IMG/VR virus record: IMGVR_UViG_3300035181_002344
Source: a virus
Strand: one strand, 5' to 3'
Length of the DNA stretch: 64,000 nucleotides
Every line of letters begins with the position of its first letter. The first letter of the stretch is position 1. Positions 36,019-47,194 of the stretch are shown one piece after another. The position numbers were made by a program, and so were the translations under genes. Below the pieces are notes generated by a model that saw nothing but the letters and a program-made list of their open reading frames with translations, searched no databases and was not told the DNA's origin.

Positions 36019-36739
36019 AGTTATTTACATTTAATATTTGACCGAGCCTAATGTTGTCATTCGCATTATACTCGGTTGGTATTTGCTTTGTTCGTTTCGT
36101 TCGTATTATTTCTTTGGCTATTCTTTTCATCCATAAATCCGAGGTAACCAGTTCCATTTTGTTTAGATATGTATTAGAATATGCTCCATAATATCTTCGT
36201 ATAACGTTATCTAAAATGGTGTACTCTGATTGAGTATATTTGCTCATTTCGTCATTAATTAAATAACGCAGAATATATCCAGAAGCTTTAATTGACACAT
36301 CGGGCAAATACAGATCCATTTCAGTTTCGGCTATTTTATGAGCTTTTAGACTATCGCCCCAAAAAACCCACATAACGCCGCCTAAACCAACTGCATTAGT
36401 GGTTATAGATTTTCCTTTAGCAACAACGTTTACTGTAGGATGCGTAATCATAAATCTATAATCTGATTCTACGCGGAAGATTGCATGCATTAGACCAACA
36501 GGCAATTTATATTCTTTTGAAGTTTGCTCTATTGCTTCTAATATAATTTTTCTAACATGCGCAGAATAACCATATGTTAGTAAATCGTCATTAACTAATC
36601 TTAGCTCATAGGAAGTATCATCTGTATTTGTATTTGCTAATGTATTAGTTGATGGTCGTGTTTTTAAAAATACCACAAGTGATATTAAAATCACAGCTAT
36701 TACAAAACCAAAAATATATATTTTGTTGATTTTGTTCAT
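36017..36739 (-). CDS. Lytic transglycosylase (SLT) with N-terminal membrane anchor (likely start 36739)
   Basis: AIFRVES catalytic Glu, AVGLG, I..SGYIL, YYG; TM helix; GGAGG RBS. Confidence 0.75.
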   Translation of the reverse strand: MNKINKIYIFGFVIAVILISLVVFLKTRPSTNTLANTNTDDTSYELRLVNDDLLTYGYSAHVRKIILEAIEQTSKEYKLPVGLMHAIFRVESDYRFMITHPTVNVVAKGKSITTNAVGLGGVMWVFWGDSLKAHKIAETEMDLYLPDVSIKASGYILRYLINDEMSKYTQSEYTILDNVIRRYYGAYSNTYLNKMELVTSDLWMKRIAKEIIRTKRTKQIPTEYNANDNIRLGQILNVNN

Positions 36740-36752
36740 TAAGCCTCCTATT

Positions 36753-36965
36753 TTATTTTTTACCATAATCGGTAGCGTGAAATCCACTGCCTTTAAACTT
36801 ATGTCCAACATGGCCGTTCCACACTCTTTTCATAGGTTGTGAACAAGCTGGACATTTAAACGAGTCTTTTAACTGCTCGTATTCATTACTGCCAAGTAAT
36901 TCGGTGATTGTTTTGTTATAATTTAGGCAATCTGGATTCTTGCATATAAAATCATATAAGGGCAT
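36753..36965 (-). CDS. FmdB-family zinc ribbon protein
   Basis: MPLYDF.C...C, CPAC, FKGSGFHATDY. Confidence 0.85.
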   Translation of the reverse strand: MPLYDFICKNPDCLNYNKTITELLGSNEYEQLKDSFKCPACSQPMKRVWNGHVGHKFKGSGFHATDYGKK

Positions 36966-36983
36966 AGTTCCTCCTTTTCTTGT

Positions 36984-38000
36984 TTATTTTTGGTTTAATA
37001 AGTATTGATTACTAATAACTTTGAATGAAACTCTGCCTTCATGAGGATCAATAGTTTCTTCTTTGCATTTTATTACAATGCCTTCTCTATATTGAGAGCT
37101 TTGAATAGCTGATTTACCATCTGCAAATTGCAGGATTGCTTCTAATTTATCTGCGTTTTGGGCAATGTCATTAATGGATTTGTCTTCTGAAATAATAGGC
37201 GCTGTTGGAATTGCTAATCGTTTGGCTATATTGACAAATTCGTTCCACTCGATATATCGTTGCTTATCAATATCATAAATATCAAATAGTCTTAGCTCTG
37301 GTGATATGCGTTGATAAACATTTTTCTGAATGCCAGGGCCAATAATTTCCCCTTGTATAGCTAAGTTTCTATTGAGATCGCGTAATTTATTCTCAATATC
37401 ATATTTCTTAGCTATTTGCCAATATAAGCTATTTGATTCTTTTAATTCTAAATTACGAGAACATACACCAAATTCATTATTATTAATATAGTAAGTGCTT
37501 GATGTTCCGTCTAATTTTTCAGTAATGACAACTATATTAGATGCATATTTATCAAGAAAGTTCGGGATATTTTGAATACGCGGCTGATCTGTTTTTGGAA
37601 TAAAAGAAGGGAAGCCACCTTTTGCTTCTCCGTTAATCTTTGTTTCTTCTTCATATAAAGTTATTCCAAGTATATCCGTTACATCAACTCCAGGCTTTAA
37701 AACGAAGCCATCCATCTTTGGTAATATACTAAGTGGGAAAATAATTCCCTGCGATATTTGACCGCGTAATTTAATTGTGCGAATACGATAATTTTTATCT
37801 TTCAGAAAGGCAAATTCTTCTTTCGGCGGCAAAATTGAATCTATTTCGCAGTATATACATAACTCTCCTGGTTGAAATTCACCTTTCTTTACAACTACCC
37901 GCCATCCAGAATCTACCATAGTAGCGAGCTCAATATTATCAGCATTTTCAATAGGATATAGTTTATCAATGACCTTTAGAGTAGCTAAGGCTCTTTCCAT
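36984..38000 (-). CDS. RNA ligase, DRB0094/Rnl5 family
   Basis: N-terminal OB domain (ADNIE, LRGQISQG), FP.FIPKTD, TEKLDGTS, QGE, REG.V, FKVIS. Confidence 0.9.
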   Translation of the reverse strand: MERALATLKVIDKLYPIENADNIELATMVDSGWRVVVKKGEFQPGELCIYCEIDSILPPKEEFAFLKDKNYRIRTIKLRGQISQGIIFPLSILPKMDGFVLKPGVDVTDILGITLYEEETKINGEAKGGFPSFIPKTDQPRIQNIPNFLDKYASNIVVITEKLDGTSSTYYINNNEFGVCSRNLELKESNSLYWQIAKKYDIENKLRDLNRNLAIQGEIIGPGIQKNVYQRISPELRLFDIYDIDKQRYIEWNEFVNIAKRLAIPTAPIISEDKSINDIAQNADKLEAILQFADGKSAIQSSQYREGIVIKCKEETIDPHEGRVSFKVISNQYLLNQK

Positions 38001-38016
38001 TATTACCTCTTGTTAT

Positions 38017-38400
38017 TTAATTAGCTTTGTCAGAAACGAAGGTTATTCCTTGTATTTTTAGTTCGCTAACTTTACCTTCTTTTACTTTTTCTTTTAATAT
38101 TCCCTTAGTGATATTATTCCGCTCGCAATATTCTTCTTCTGTGTACCAATCTGCTGATAAATCTTGCGTATGCGTTCTAATAGTATCAGTTTTAAGTTTA
38201 TCGAAATCAATTTTATATGGATCAATTATCATAGCGAGTAAATCATATTCATCCTCGCATGTAATTTTAGATGCTTCGACAAGTACTTGCCTATCATCAA
38301 GATCTATAATCTCACGATCATGATACCAGGCGAGAGAATATCTATTATTGTCTAATTTCTTGATTACTATTTTTCTGTGATGTAACATAATTATTACCAA
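38017..38400 (-). CDS. Hypothetical protein with C-terminal wHTH-like segment
   Basis: 127-aa ORF; EEYCERNNIT...V..GKV. Confidence 0.55.
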   Translation of the reverse strand: MVIIMLHHRKIVIKKLDNNRYSLAWYHDREIIDLDDRQVLVEASKITCEDEYDLLAMIIDPYKIDFDKLKTDTIRTHTQDLSADWYTEEEYCERNNITKGILKEKVKEGKVSELKIQGITFVSDKAN

Positions 38401-38421
38401 TTTAGTTTAATTAAAAACGGA

Positions 38422-38655
38422 TTACGGCTCTTTAATTGGAAGGCCTTTTTCTAGCATTGATCTAAAATTCACTTCCTTAACCTTGTCAAGATTTGCAAGA
38501 GCTTCGTGTATTGTATCTCCATCTGCCATAAAAGCTTCTCTGCCAAGCATTGGTATGCAGGCGCAATAACCACCACCTTCATCTTTTGGTATTTTAGTAA
38601 TACCGATAGGATATTTGATTCTCATATAGTATTCTAGCTTTTCCTGAATACTCAT
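38422..38655 (-). CDS. HicB-like antitoxin domain (solo)
   Basis: Y.I......EGGGY.A.IP.L......GDT..EA..N...G.PI.EP; no adjacent HicA. Confidence 0.8.
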   Translation of the reverse strand: MSIQEKLEYYMRIKYPIGITKIPKDEGGGYCACIPMLGREAFMADGDTIHEALANLDKVKEVNFRSMLEKGLPIKEP

Positions 38656-41600
38656 TTTTCTTCGTCCTTAAAGTTCTCTAAGTTATTGAGAAATTCATTG
38701 AATTGCTTTAGCGTTGCAGTGTATATTTCTGCAAGCCTCTCAATAAGCTCCTTTTGTTTTGCAATAAGCTTATTTTGCGCATCCATTTTTATAGCCATTA
38801 TTAAAGCAACATCCACAGCTATGATAAGTAAAATTTGCCATATTGAAAGCATTTTATTATTCCTTAGATTAAAATTAATATTATTGGCAATAAAATACCA
38901 ATGATTAATATAATTCCACTGATGTATTGCAGACCGCTTTTTCTGTATGGGCAATCTTCTTCTTCGCAAATTTCACAGTCATAATGCATCGCACTTTCAT
39001 AGTTTCCATTACAAGCTTTGTTCATTTTCTTCTCCGCTTATTCTTTTGACTATTTCGTTTACTATAGTAGTCGACGCATAGCACATACCATTTTTAACTG
39101 GTAGAACTTTTGCAAATTCTGTATCCTTTCTTACTTGAAGCACCCTTCCTGTGCAATATGGATCATTTCTGTCATCAGTTTTAGCTTCGTCAAATTCAAG
39201 GATGATATTATATTCATCCATTCGGAATTTCTCTTTGCAGTCATCGCATGGTTCTTCTAAGAAGCCTACCACTTTTCCATGATATTGCGATAAGTCTGTC
39301 AATGGTTCGCCATTAAAATATCTTGTGGCTACTACTATTTCTGCATCAACTTCTTTATGACAAACTCTGCATACTCGTTTTACTAAAGCTACATGTTCTG
39401 CCATGTTATTACCTTTGTATTATTTTTAAGATTCGTTATTATGCTTTATATAATATTCTTTAATTCTCTGAAATAGATCTGGCTTATAATATTTGCATTC
39501 GCCATCAAGATTAGGATAATCAGAGTCAAGAATATGAACAGTTTTTCTAAATTTGCCCGCTATATAATTTTCTTCCACCCCTAGCTGTGGAGCTACACAA
39601 TAAACTTCGTGCCTAAAAAACTTGCAATTCTTACAATAGACTTTCATTGTTTCCATCTTTTTATTGAGTTAATTTGATATTTAAGACTACGATTGTGCTT
39701 CATCGTTAAGTTCCTTTGCATTATTAAGCATGTATCTGCTTAATTTCCGATAGGCTTCTTCGACGCTCTTGTTGTCAAAGCCTCTGAATTTAACCCTTGC
39801 GGGATAAATATTCTTAATCTTATCGTTTTCAATATCAAATACCAAAGCCCATCCAAAAATGTGGAGTATTTGATTAACGATCAACACTAATCCTGTATCT
39901 CTAAATTCCGACCACTCTTTCTTGGTTATCATCTTATTCTCCGTTTTCTTTATTGTTTTTAAGTGTAAAGTTCTTTTCATAGGATAGCTCGAAGTCATAA
40001 TGCGTACTTTCTGATGTACCTTGCATAATTGCATAGCGTATCACATTTGGTAAAATAATCAACGCGGTTATTATTCTCTCCGATTGTGTTTCATCGGTTT
40101 TTAAATAAACCACGTCACCGATATTAAACTTATTTTCGATTATCATCATTATTATTGATTTCCCTTTTTTGGTTAATCATTATCTGCATTTTCCTTCATA
40201 CTCATCTGTTTCAACTTTTTTACGAATAATTTGAAATCAGTACTTTCTGTTACAACTGAGTTTAGACAGCGATTACCCGCTGGACGTTTTTCTACAAGAG
40301 AATATGTTAATACACGTTTAGTTTCTCTAGTTCCGTGTGATTTTGTGTCATTATGTTTTGTTATATAATCAACGTATTCTACCTTTTCTATCCATTGCCC
40401 CGTTGAAGAATGAAGGTGCGGACTCCCGGGGAGTGAAACGTAACCAAGGCGTCGAAGTATATTTTTCTCTGATTTAGTGAAATCCGGCATAAAATCAATA
40501 TATCCCTTCAAATCTTTTTTTGGCACCAATTGACGTTCTATTTTCATTTTTTATCCTCATTATTTATTTTTTTTCTTGATCATACATCTTTTTTAATCTT
40601 TTCGCGAATAATTTGAAATCAGTATTCTCTAGTATTATTGTGTTTGAATAGCTACCTGGGCGTCTTTCTGCAAGAGCATATACCAAGATACGATTAGTTT
40701 CTGTAACGCCTGTTAATTTTGTATCTTCATAGTTTACTACATAATCAACACGCTCTATTTTTTGAATCCACTTTCCTTGCGAAGAATGGAGAAATTGGCT
40801 TCCAGGGAGTGGGGCATAGCCAAAACGGCGAAGCATGCTCTTTTCTGATTTTGTGAATTCTGGTACAAAATTAACATATCCTGTTATTGAATCATTTTCT
40901 AATATCAATCGTTGTGGTAATGTTTTCATTTCTTCTTCCTTTTGATTATTATTTAATGGGCAAATATAAGGTTTTCTTCCTATTTCTTATCTGCCTGTTT
41001 ATCTAAGGTAGTATCTATAATACCATTGATTTCATCAAATTCAACGAAATCGACTGTCGCTATTTTTGCATAAAAAGTGAATGGTGTTTCTAAATATCCC
41101 GAATTTGAGACAATATTGTGCTTCTGTTTATATTGTTCAAAATTATAATATCCGAATCTTTCTTTTTTGGTATTTCCATTAGGAAACACATGCAATGGAA
41201 ATCTGCTTTCCATTAATTCTAAAAGCTTATTCCCCATGTCACAGGCATTTTCATATGTATCATACATACCTAAAGCTACAGTTTTATCGTCATAGCTAAA
41301 GGGGGACCGTGGTCTAATTTCAAATGTTAGCAAATATTTTTTCATAAGGTTATTCTCCTTTTACATAATAAAAATCAAATTCATCTTCAATTTCATTTTC
41401 TGCAGGTTCTCTATCAAAAGATTTTTTGTAACTTGATCTTACTAAATATGCGGAGTACCATCTTCCATTCTGCATACTGCTTGTGCCATTATCCCATACA
41501 ATGACATATGGTAATTCGCTTATCTCATCAAATAGTTCTGTGTTGATAGTCTCTCCATCGAAAATCTTCTTGAAGAACTTAAATTCTTCTTTTGATTCAT

Positions 41601-41913
41601 CGTATAATTTTTTATTTTTATTCGCCAGATTTTTCAAATACAATCTTATTGCTTTATTAATTCCTTGATAAAATCTATATTCATTCATATCATGCATATC
41701 ATTAAAGATTTTATCAGTTTCTTCTTTTGATAGGTATTCGTTTTCAAGTTTGACATTATCTTCTTTTTTGGCTGCGAACCTACTACAATAAAATCCCTCA
41801 ATATCTTGATCGGGGATTTCATCTTCCAGCACTGTACATGTCGCAAAACAAACACCTTCAGCAGTTTCAAAAACAATGTGCTTGCAATTTGCACAACATT
41901 TATTAGTTTTCAT
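38652..41913 (-). other. Block of small accessory hypothetical ORFs (38652-38969, 39009-39404, 39426-39656, 39687-40034, 39934-40149, 40173-40547, 40564-40929, 40980-41345, 41350-41913)
   Basis: Co-oriented short ORFs with RBSs; several Cys-rich; 40173-40547 and 40564-40929 are tandem paralogs. Confidence 0.6.
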
Positions 41914-41924
41914 TTATTAGCTTC

Positions 41925-43076
41925 CTAATGTTTTTTCCAATATTGTTTTGCCAGATTAATCCATTTGCCTGTTTTATCAATCTCCGAAAGTTTTTCAAGT
42001 CCTTGCTTATGATTAAATCGCTTCCAATGTCTACCTGCATAATATATCCATTCGCCAACCTTATCAATTTCTAAAAGCTTTTCAAGTCCTAGCTTATAAT
42101 CAAAGCGTTTCCAACGTGTTCCTGCATGATATATCCATCTGCCCGTATTATCAATCTTCGAAAGTCTTTGAAGACCTGACTTGTAATCAAAGTTTTTCCA
42201 ATCATTTCCTGCATAATATATCCAGCGTCCAGTTTGGTCAACTTGTATTAATCTTTGCGCTGCCAGCTTATAATTAAATTTATCCCAATAGACGCCCGCA
42301 TAATATATCCAATCACCATTTCTGTCAGCTTTTAAAAGTCCTTCAAGTCCTAAGTCATAATCAAATTCAGTCCAATCAATCCCCGCATAATATATCCGTT
42401 GTCCAGTTGGGTCAACTTTTGATAATTTTTGAATTCCCAGCTTATAGTCGAATTTATCCCAATAGATTCCTGCGTAATAAATCCATTCGCCAGTTTTATC
42501 AATTTTAAGGAGTCCTTTAAGTCCTAAGTCATAGTTAAACTGTTTCCAATGCTTACTAGCGGAGCAAATCCATTGACCAGTTTTATCCACTTCTAATAAC
42601 TTTTTAAGCCCAAGCTCATAATCAAAAAAATCCCAATATGCTCCGGCATTGAATATCCATTCTCCGTTTTTATCAACTTCAAGCAGCCTCTTAAAACCTA
42701 ATGCGTAATCAAATTGCTCTAAATATTCTCCGGCGGAAGATATCCAGTCGCCGGTCTTATCGTATTTGGATAAAATCTTAAAATCATCTGGCAGGAATTC
42801 TAATATTTTGATTTTATTCCCAACGGCTTTTTTGTCATCTTTGTCAACCACATCAAGCTCAACAATACCATAATGAGACTTTTTTATATTATGATAAAAG
42901 AGAGTCTCTGATATGTCGAAATTGGCTGAAGCGTGAAATCCCGCCTCGCGTAATTTAACATCTTTCTTATTCATTCTATAGGTTTTGCCTTCTTTGTAGT
43001 AAAACTTAGCTTTATCAAAATCAGGCTGGCAATAATAACCTTTTTCATCTCTATAGAAAGCTTTGATAGTTCGCAT
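41925..43076 (-). CDS. Repeat protein: conserved N-domain plus ~9.5 copies of a 29-aa Trp-rich helical repeat
   Basis: MRTIKAF...GFHAS N-domain; repeat DKTGxWIYxAGxxWxxFDYxLGxxxLxxx. Confidence 0.85.
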   Translation of the reverse strand: MRTIKAFYRDEKGYYCQPDFDKAKFYYKEGKTYRMNKKDVKLREAGFHASANFDISETLFYHNIKKSHYGIVELDVVDKDDKKAVGNKIKILEFLPDDFKILSKYDKTGDWISSAGEYLEQFDYALGFKRLLEVDKNGEWIFNAGAYWDFFDYELGLKKLLEVDKTGQWICSASKHWKQFNYDLGLKGLLKIDKTGEWIYYAGIYWDKFDYKLGIQKLSKVDPTGQRIYYAGIDWTEFDYDLGLEGLLKADRNGDWIYYAGVYWDKFNYKLAAQRLIQVDQTGRWIYYAGNDWKNFDYKSGLQRLSKIDNTGRWIYHAGTRWKRFDYKLGLEKLLEIDKVGEWIYYAGRHWKRFNHKQGLEKLSEIDKTGKWINLAKQYWKKH

Positions 43077-43094
43077 TGGTCCTCCCTTATTTGG

Positions 43095-43454
43095 TTATCT
43101 TATTGATTTAAGGATGTTATGTAATGCCCAGTATTCGGGATTAAAGATGGCATCGATCGTTTCTGGTAAGAGATTCACTGTTATAACGATTATAAAAACT
43201 AATATAACCACAAATAAAAGCATGGCTATAGATTCAAAATCACCTTTGGTATTCTTGAGGTTCTTGTCTTTATTATGTTTAAAGGCATATTTGAACATTA
43301 ATGTATCTGCGATTATAAAAAAGACAATCGTCGCTATATTTTTAAATGCTTCAATATGAGCTTGATGCATGAGTACATTCCACAAATGATCAGTTGTTGT
43401 ACCAAGCTTATTTGCTAATCCTTCCAATAGATTTGTAATTTTGTTATCTAACAT
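43095..43454 (-). CDS. Membrane protein
   Basis: Two TM segments; LA.KLGTT..HLW and NPEYWAL. Confidence 0.7.
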   Translation of the reverse strand: MLDNKITNLLEGLANKLGTTTDHLWNVLMHQAHIEAFKNIATIVFFIIADTLMFKYAFKHNKDKNLKNTKGDFESIAMLLFVVILVFIIVITVNLLPETIDAIFNPEYWALHNILKSIR

Positions 43455-43473
43455 TGTTTTATTCCCTTTTTTA

Positions 43474-44124
43474 TTATTTAATTAATGTATTTTGATATTT
43501 AGATAAAGGCTCTTTCCAATTTTCTTCTGCCCTACGTAACCATTTTGTTGCGTTAAGTTCCAAAAGTCGTTCATATCCAAGTTTGTAGTTGAACTCTTTC
43601 CAATGAAATCCAGCACGATAAATTCGTTCTCCATGCTCATCAACTTCTAAGAGCTTTTTAACCCCGAGCTCGAAATCAAACTTCTTCCAGTTGAGTCCGG
43701 CGTTATATATCCACTTGCCGGTTTTATCGGCTTCTAAGAGCTTTTGAAAACCTACTTGGTAATCAAAATCCTTCATGCTGCATTCCGCGAAGAATGTCCA
43801 TGCGCTAGTCTTGTCATATTGAATTAGGATGTTAAAATCTCTTGGTAGGAATTCTAATATTTTGATTTTGTAACCAACAGCCTTTTCGTCATCAGATTCC
43901 GTTGCTTTTAAATCAACGATTCCATAGTATGTATCTTCTACAGTATAGGAAGTAAGAGTTTCGGATATATCGAAATTCGCTGAGGCATGAAAGCCCGAGT
44001 GGCACAACTTAACTTTGCTCTTATCCATTGCGTAAGTTTTACCTTCTTCGTAATAAAACTTCTCTGTGTAGGGCTTGCAATAATACCCTTTTTCATCTTT
44101 GTTAAAAGCTTTTATTGTTCGCAT
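43474..44124 (-). CDS. Paralog 2 of the 29-aa repeat protein (~3.5 repeats)
   Basis: Same N-domain and repeat. Confidence 0.85.
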   Translation of the reverse strand: MRTIKAFNKDEKGYYCKPYTEKFYYEEGKTYAMDKSKVKLCHSGFHASANFDISETLTSYTVEDTYYGIVDLKATESDDEKAVGYKIKILEFLPRDFNILIQYDKTSAWTFFAECSMKDFDYQVGFQKLLEADKTGKWIYNAGLNWKKFDFELGVKKLLEVDEHGERIYRAGFHWKEFNYKLGYERLLELNATKWLRRAEENWKEPLSKYQNTLIK

Positions 44125-44142
44125 CTATTACTCCTTTTAATC

Positions 44143-44778
44143 TTAATACGAGAATGTTTTGGAATCAAATTGTTTCCAAGTTCTTCCCGCATAATATATT
44201 ACTTCACCAGTTTGGTCAACTTCTAATAATCTCTCTAATCCTAATTTGTGATCGAATTGCTTCCAAGTTTTGCCAGCCCAATAAATATAAAGCCCTTTCT
44301 TATCAACTTCTAAAAGCTTTCTAAAAGCTGTTTTATAGTCAAAGCGTTTCCAATTTCTACCCGCTTCATATATCCATCTACCAATTTCATCAATTTGTAA
44401 AAGCTTTTGGAATCCTAATTCATAGTTGGATATTTCCCGATAAACTTTATTATAAATCCACTCGCCAGTTCTGTCATATGCGGATAGGATATTAAAATCG
44501 TCGGGTAAAAACTCTAATATTTTTATCTTATCACCAACGCATTTTCCATTGCTTGATTCGATTACATTTAAATCCACTATTCCATAGCGTGCATGTGCTA
44601 TATCATAGTAGTCAATGGTATCAGATATATCGAAATGACTTGAAGCGTGGAACCCTGATAAGCATAATTTAATATCATCAGCTTTATAAATCTCGCCTTT
44701 CTCATAGTAGAATTTCTTATCATTGGGCTTACAATAATAGCCCTTCTTATCTCTATAGAAGGCTTTGATTGTTTTCAT
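44143..44778 (-). CDS. Paralog 3 of the 29-aa repeat protein (~3.5 repeats; likely start 44778)
   Basis: MKTIKAFYRD...GFHAS plus repeats. Confidence 0.85.
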   Translation of the reverse strand: MKTIKAFYRDKKGYYCKPNDKKFYYEKGEIYKADDIKLCLSGFHASSHFDISDTIDYYDIAHARYGIVDLNVIESSNGKCVGDKIKILEFLPDDFNILSAYDRTGEWIYNKVYREISNYELGFQKLLQIDEIGRWIYEAGRNWKRFDYKTAFRKLLEVDKKGLYIYWAGKTWKQFDHKLGLERLLEVDQTGEVIYYAGRTWKQFDSKTFSY

Positions 44779-47193
44779 CTGTTCGCCCTTTATTTTCTTT
44801 CCAATTCGGCTCATACTCGTTTAATAATTGTTTTGCTAAATCTTTCCAACTTTGTCCCCAAGTTCGCAAATTTGCATTGGCTTCTCTTAATTCTTCAAGC
44901 TCTTTCTCAAGTCCAGTCAATTCATATTGTATATCGTAGAATTTATCTTCGTGTCCACATCCATCGCCAATTTCACGGCATTCGCATTTTGATTGATATG
45001 CTATGTTATACACTTTATTTATCGCTCTAATTATACTGTCTATATCTGGACAAGTGTTTTCAGGAGGTTTTTGGAGACCCAAGATTTCTTCGCTTGTTTT
45101 TGGCTTCGGCTTAATCTGGCCGTTGATATTTATTACTTCTCCCATTTTTGTTCTCCTTGTTTTTAAGGCTTATAGATTTATTAGTAAAACAAGTTTTGCA
45201 ACTTCCAATAATTGTTGAGCCAAATTAGCTTTGCCTTTCTTGGATTCATCTATTTTGAACGTTACATTCAGTTTAATTTCACCTAATTGTATTTCTATAT
45301 CATGCACTAGATAAAGTTTATCGACAGCAATACCTTCGTTTTCAAAAGCGAAAGGTTCTTTGCTAACTTTATGTTTGATTTCAACATTCTCTTTCTTTGT
45401 CGTTGTCATATTATTTCCGTCTTAATTCATCTATCATTTCCATTGGATTTTCAGCTTCCAATAGTTTTATAATCCAAGCGCTGATATTTATAGAAGCTAT
45501 ATGCTCCCAGCCTTTTTTAATCAATTTGTCATGTTCAGCTTCTGCAGAAATTAAGTCAAGAACTTTCATCTTTTTTTTCTTTCGATAGATAAAAATTAAT
45601 ATAGGTTCATTGTATTCTGTCATTTTATTCTCTTTTTATCTATAATTCGCATTCTTCTAACTTGAATTTCTTGATTTTATACCCAGCCTTCTTGGCCTCT
45701 TTCCAAGTAAGGAGAGAATTACCTGTAAATTCAAAGAATGCTTTTTTGGTTTCTCTTATTGTACCTCGTATTAAGAAAGGAAGTATTATATCATTAACAA
45801 CTATCCCGTAAACTATTTGAGTTTTCATCGCTATTCTCGTTTTATGTTTTTAATTTCGTTTCGTAAAAGTAAGCTTACAGCTTCTAATAAATGCTGAACC
45901 AATAATAATTCTTCAAGATTGGCTTTATTTCTTTCAAGCTCATTTATCTTAAATGATGTGCTTAATTTGATTTCGCCTAGTTGCATTTCTATAGTGTGTT
46001 CAAGCACATAAAGTCTATTGACAACAATACCTTCGCTTTCGAAGGTTAGTAATTCTTTATTAACTTTATGCTTTATTTTAAGATTCTTTCTTTTTGCGTT
46101 TTGCTCTTCTGTTAATAATTCAGAGGATAATTTATCTTCAAAGGTTTCGCGTTTCTTGCTCCCAGGTTTACCAATATATTTGTCAATAACTTGCTCTAAG
46201 CTTTTGGTTTTTAGTTCTCGCTTTTTCATTGTTATTTTGTTTTAAATTTCTCGATGAATCTTTTTCTTTGCCATGCTTCGAATTTTTCTCGTATGCCTAA
46301 GAAATCTCCAATAGCGTTCTCCCATCCAATGCCATCTAGTTTAGAATAGTTGCCTTGGTATAAATAAACAACATCGCCGCAGATTTTTGATTTAGATTCA
46401 TAGCATAACGAACCTATCAGATTATGCCATGCTAACTGACCAAATATCCAATTTAATTTGTCAGTTGAACGCCAGTATTTGCTTTGTCTGATATAAGATG
46501 TTAGTGAATCGCTATTGAATCTAATTTTATTTCTCGCAGTGTTACCGAGTTCGAGATTAGCATTAGCAAAGAATTGTTTCTTTTGGGCGAGGACTTTATT
46601 ATATTCCTCTTCTGTCATTTTACCTGTTTCTACCCAATCTTCGTAGAACTCTTCAATAGACCATAATATATCATCGCCGCAATCTTTAAATTCATCATAA
46701 ATAATTTCGTAGAACCAATTCTGATCAAAATCTGCTAAGCCCCAACCTGCAGCTGGCATTAGGAAATGTTTGAATCCTAATGTTTTAAGATGCTCATAGA
46801 ATGCACGCATCTTTTTAGCGTGTTTTATTTGGTTTTCATGATAAGATAATGAAGGATCTGGATTCCAATCTAGATTTATCGCATATCCATTGAATCCTAG
46901 CTTTACCATTTCAGTTAAGAATTCATCGCTTTTGTTTGGATGGTATAATCCTAAGATTCTCATAGTTGCTCCTTCAGCAAATAGAAGTTAAAGTCGCTGT
47001 ATATTTTACGGTCTTTTGATCGAAAATATGCAGTGTAGCATTTAAATTGTGCGTTAGTTAATTTATCATTAACAACCACATTCTCTGCGACAGCTATAAA
47101 AGAGCGTTTACATATGCTATCAAAATCTTCTTTAGTGATTAATTTATTGCGATAGTTCTTTTGCATCCATTGGAATTCTGAATAATCTTCCAT
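44753..47193 (-). other. Block of accessory hypothetical ORFs (44753-45145, 45170-45409, 45411-45623, 45640-45828, 45831-46229, 46232-46963, 46960-47193)
   Basis: Co-oriented ORFs; 45170-45409 and the C-part of 45831-46229 are paralogous (KHKV.KE...FE.EGI.V..LY...QLGEIKL). Confidence 0.6.
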
Positions 47194-47194
47194 A

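Noticed and set aside
22839-44778. RT plus repeat proteins as a diversity-generating retroelement
   Set aside because: RT has retron-type X/Y regions, no Avd-like gene or non-coding template repeat was seen, and repeat variation did not look adenine-restricted.
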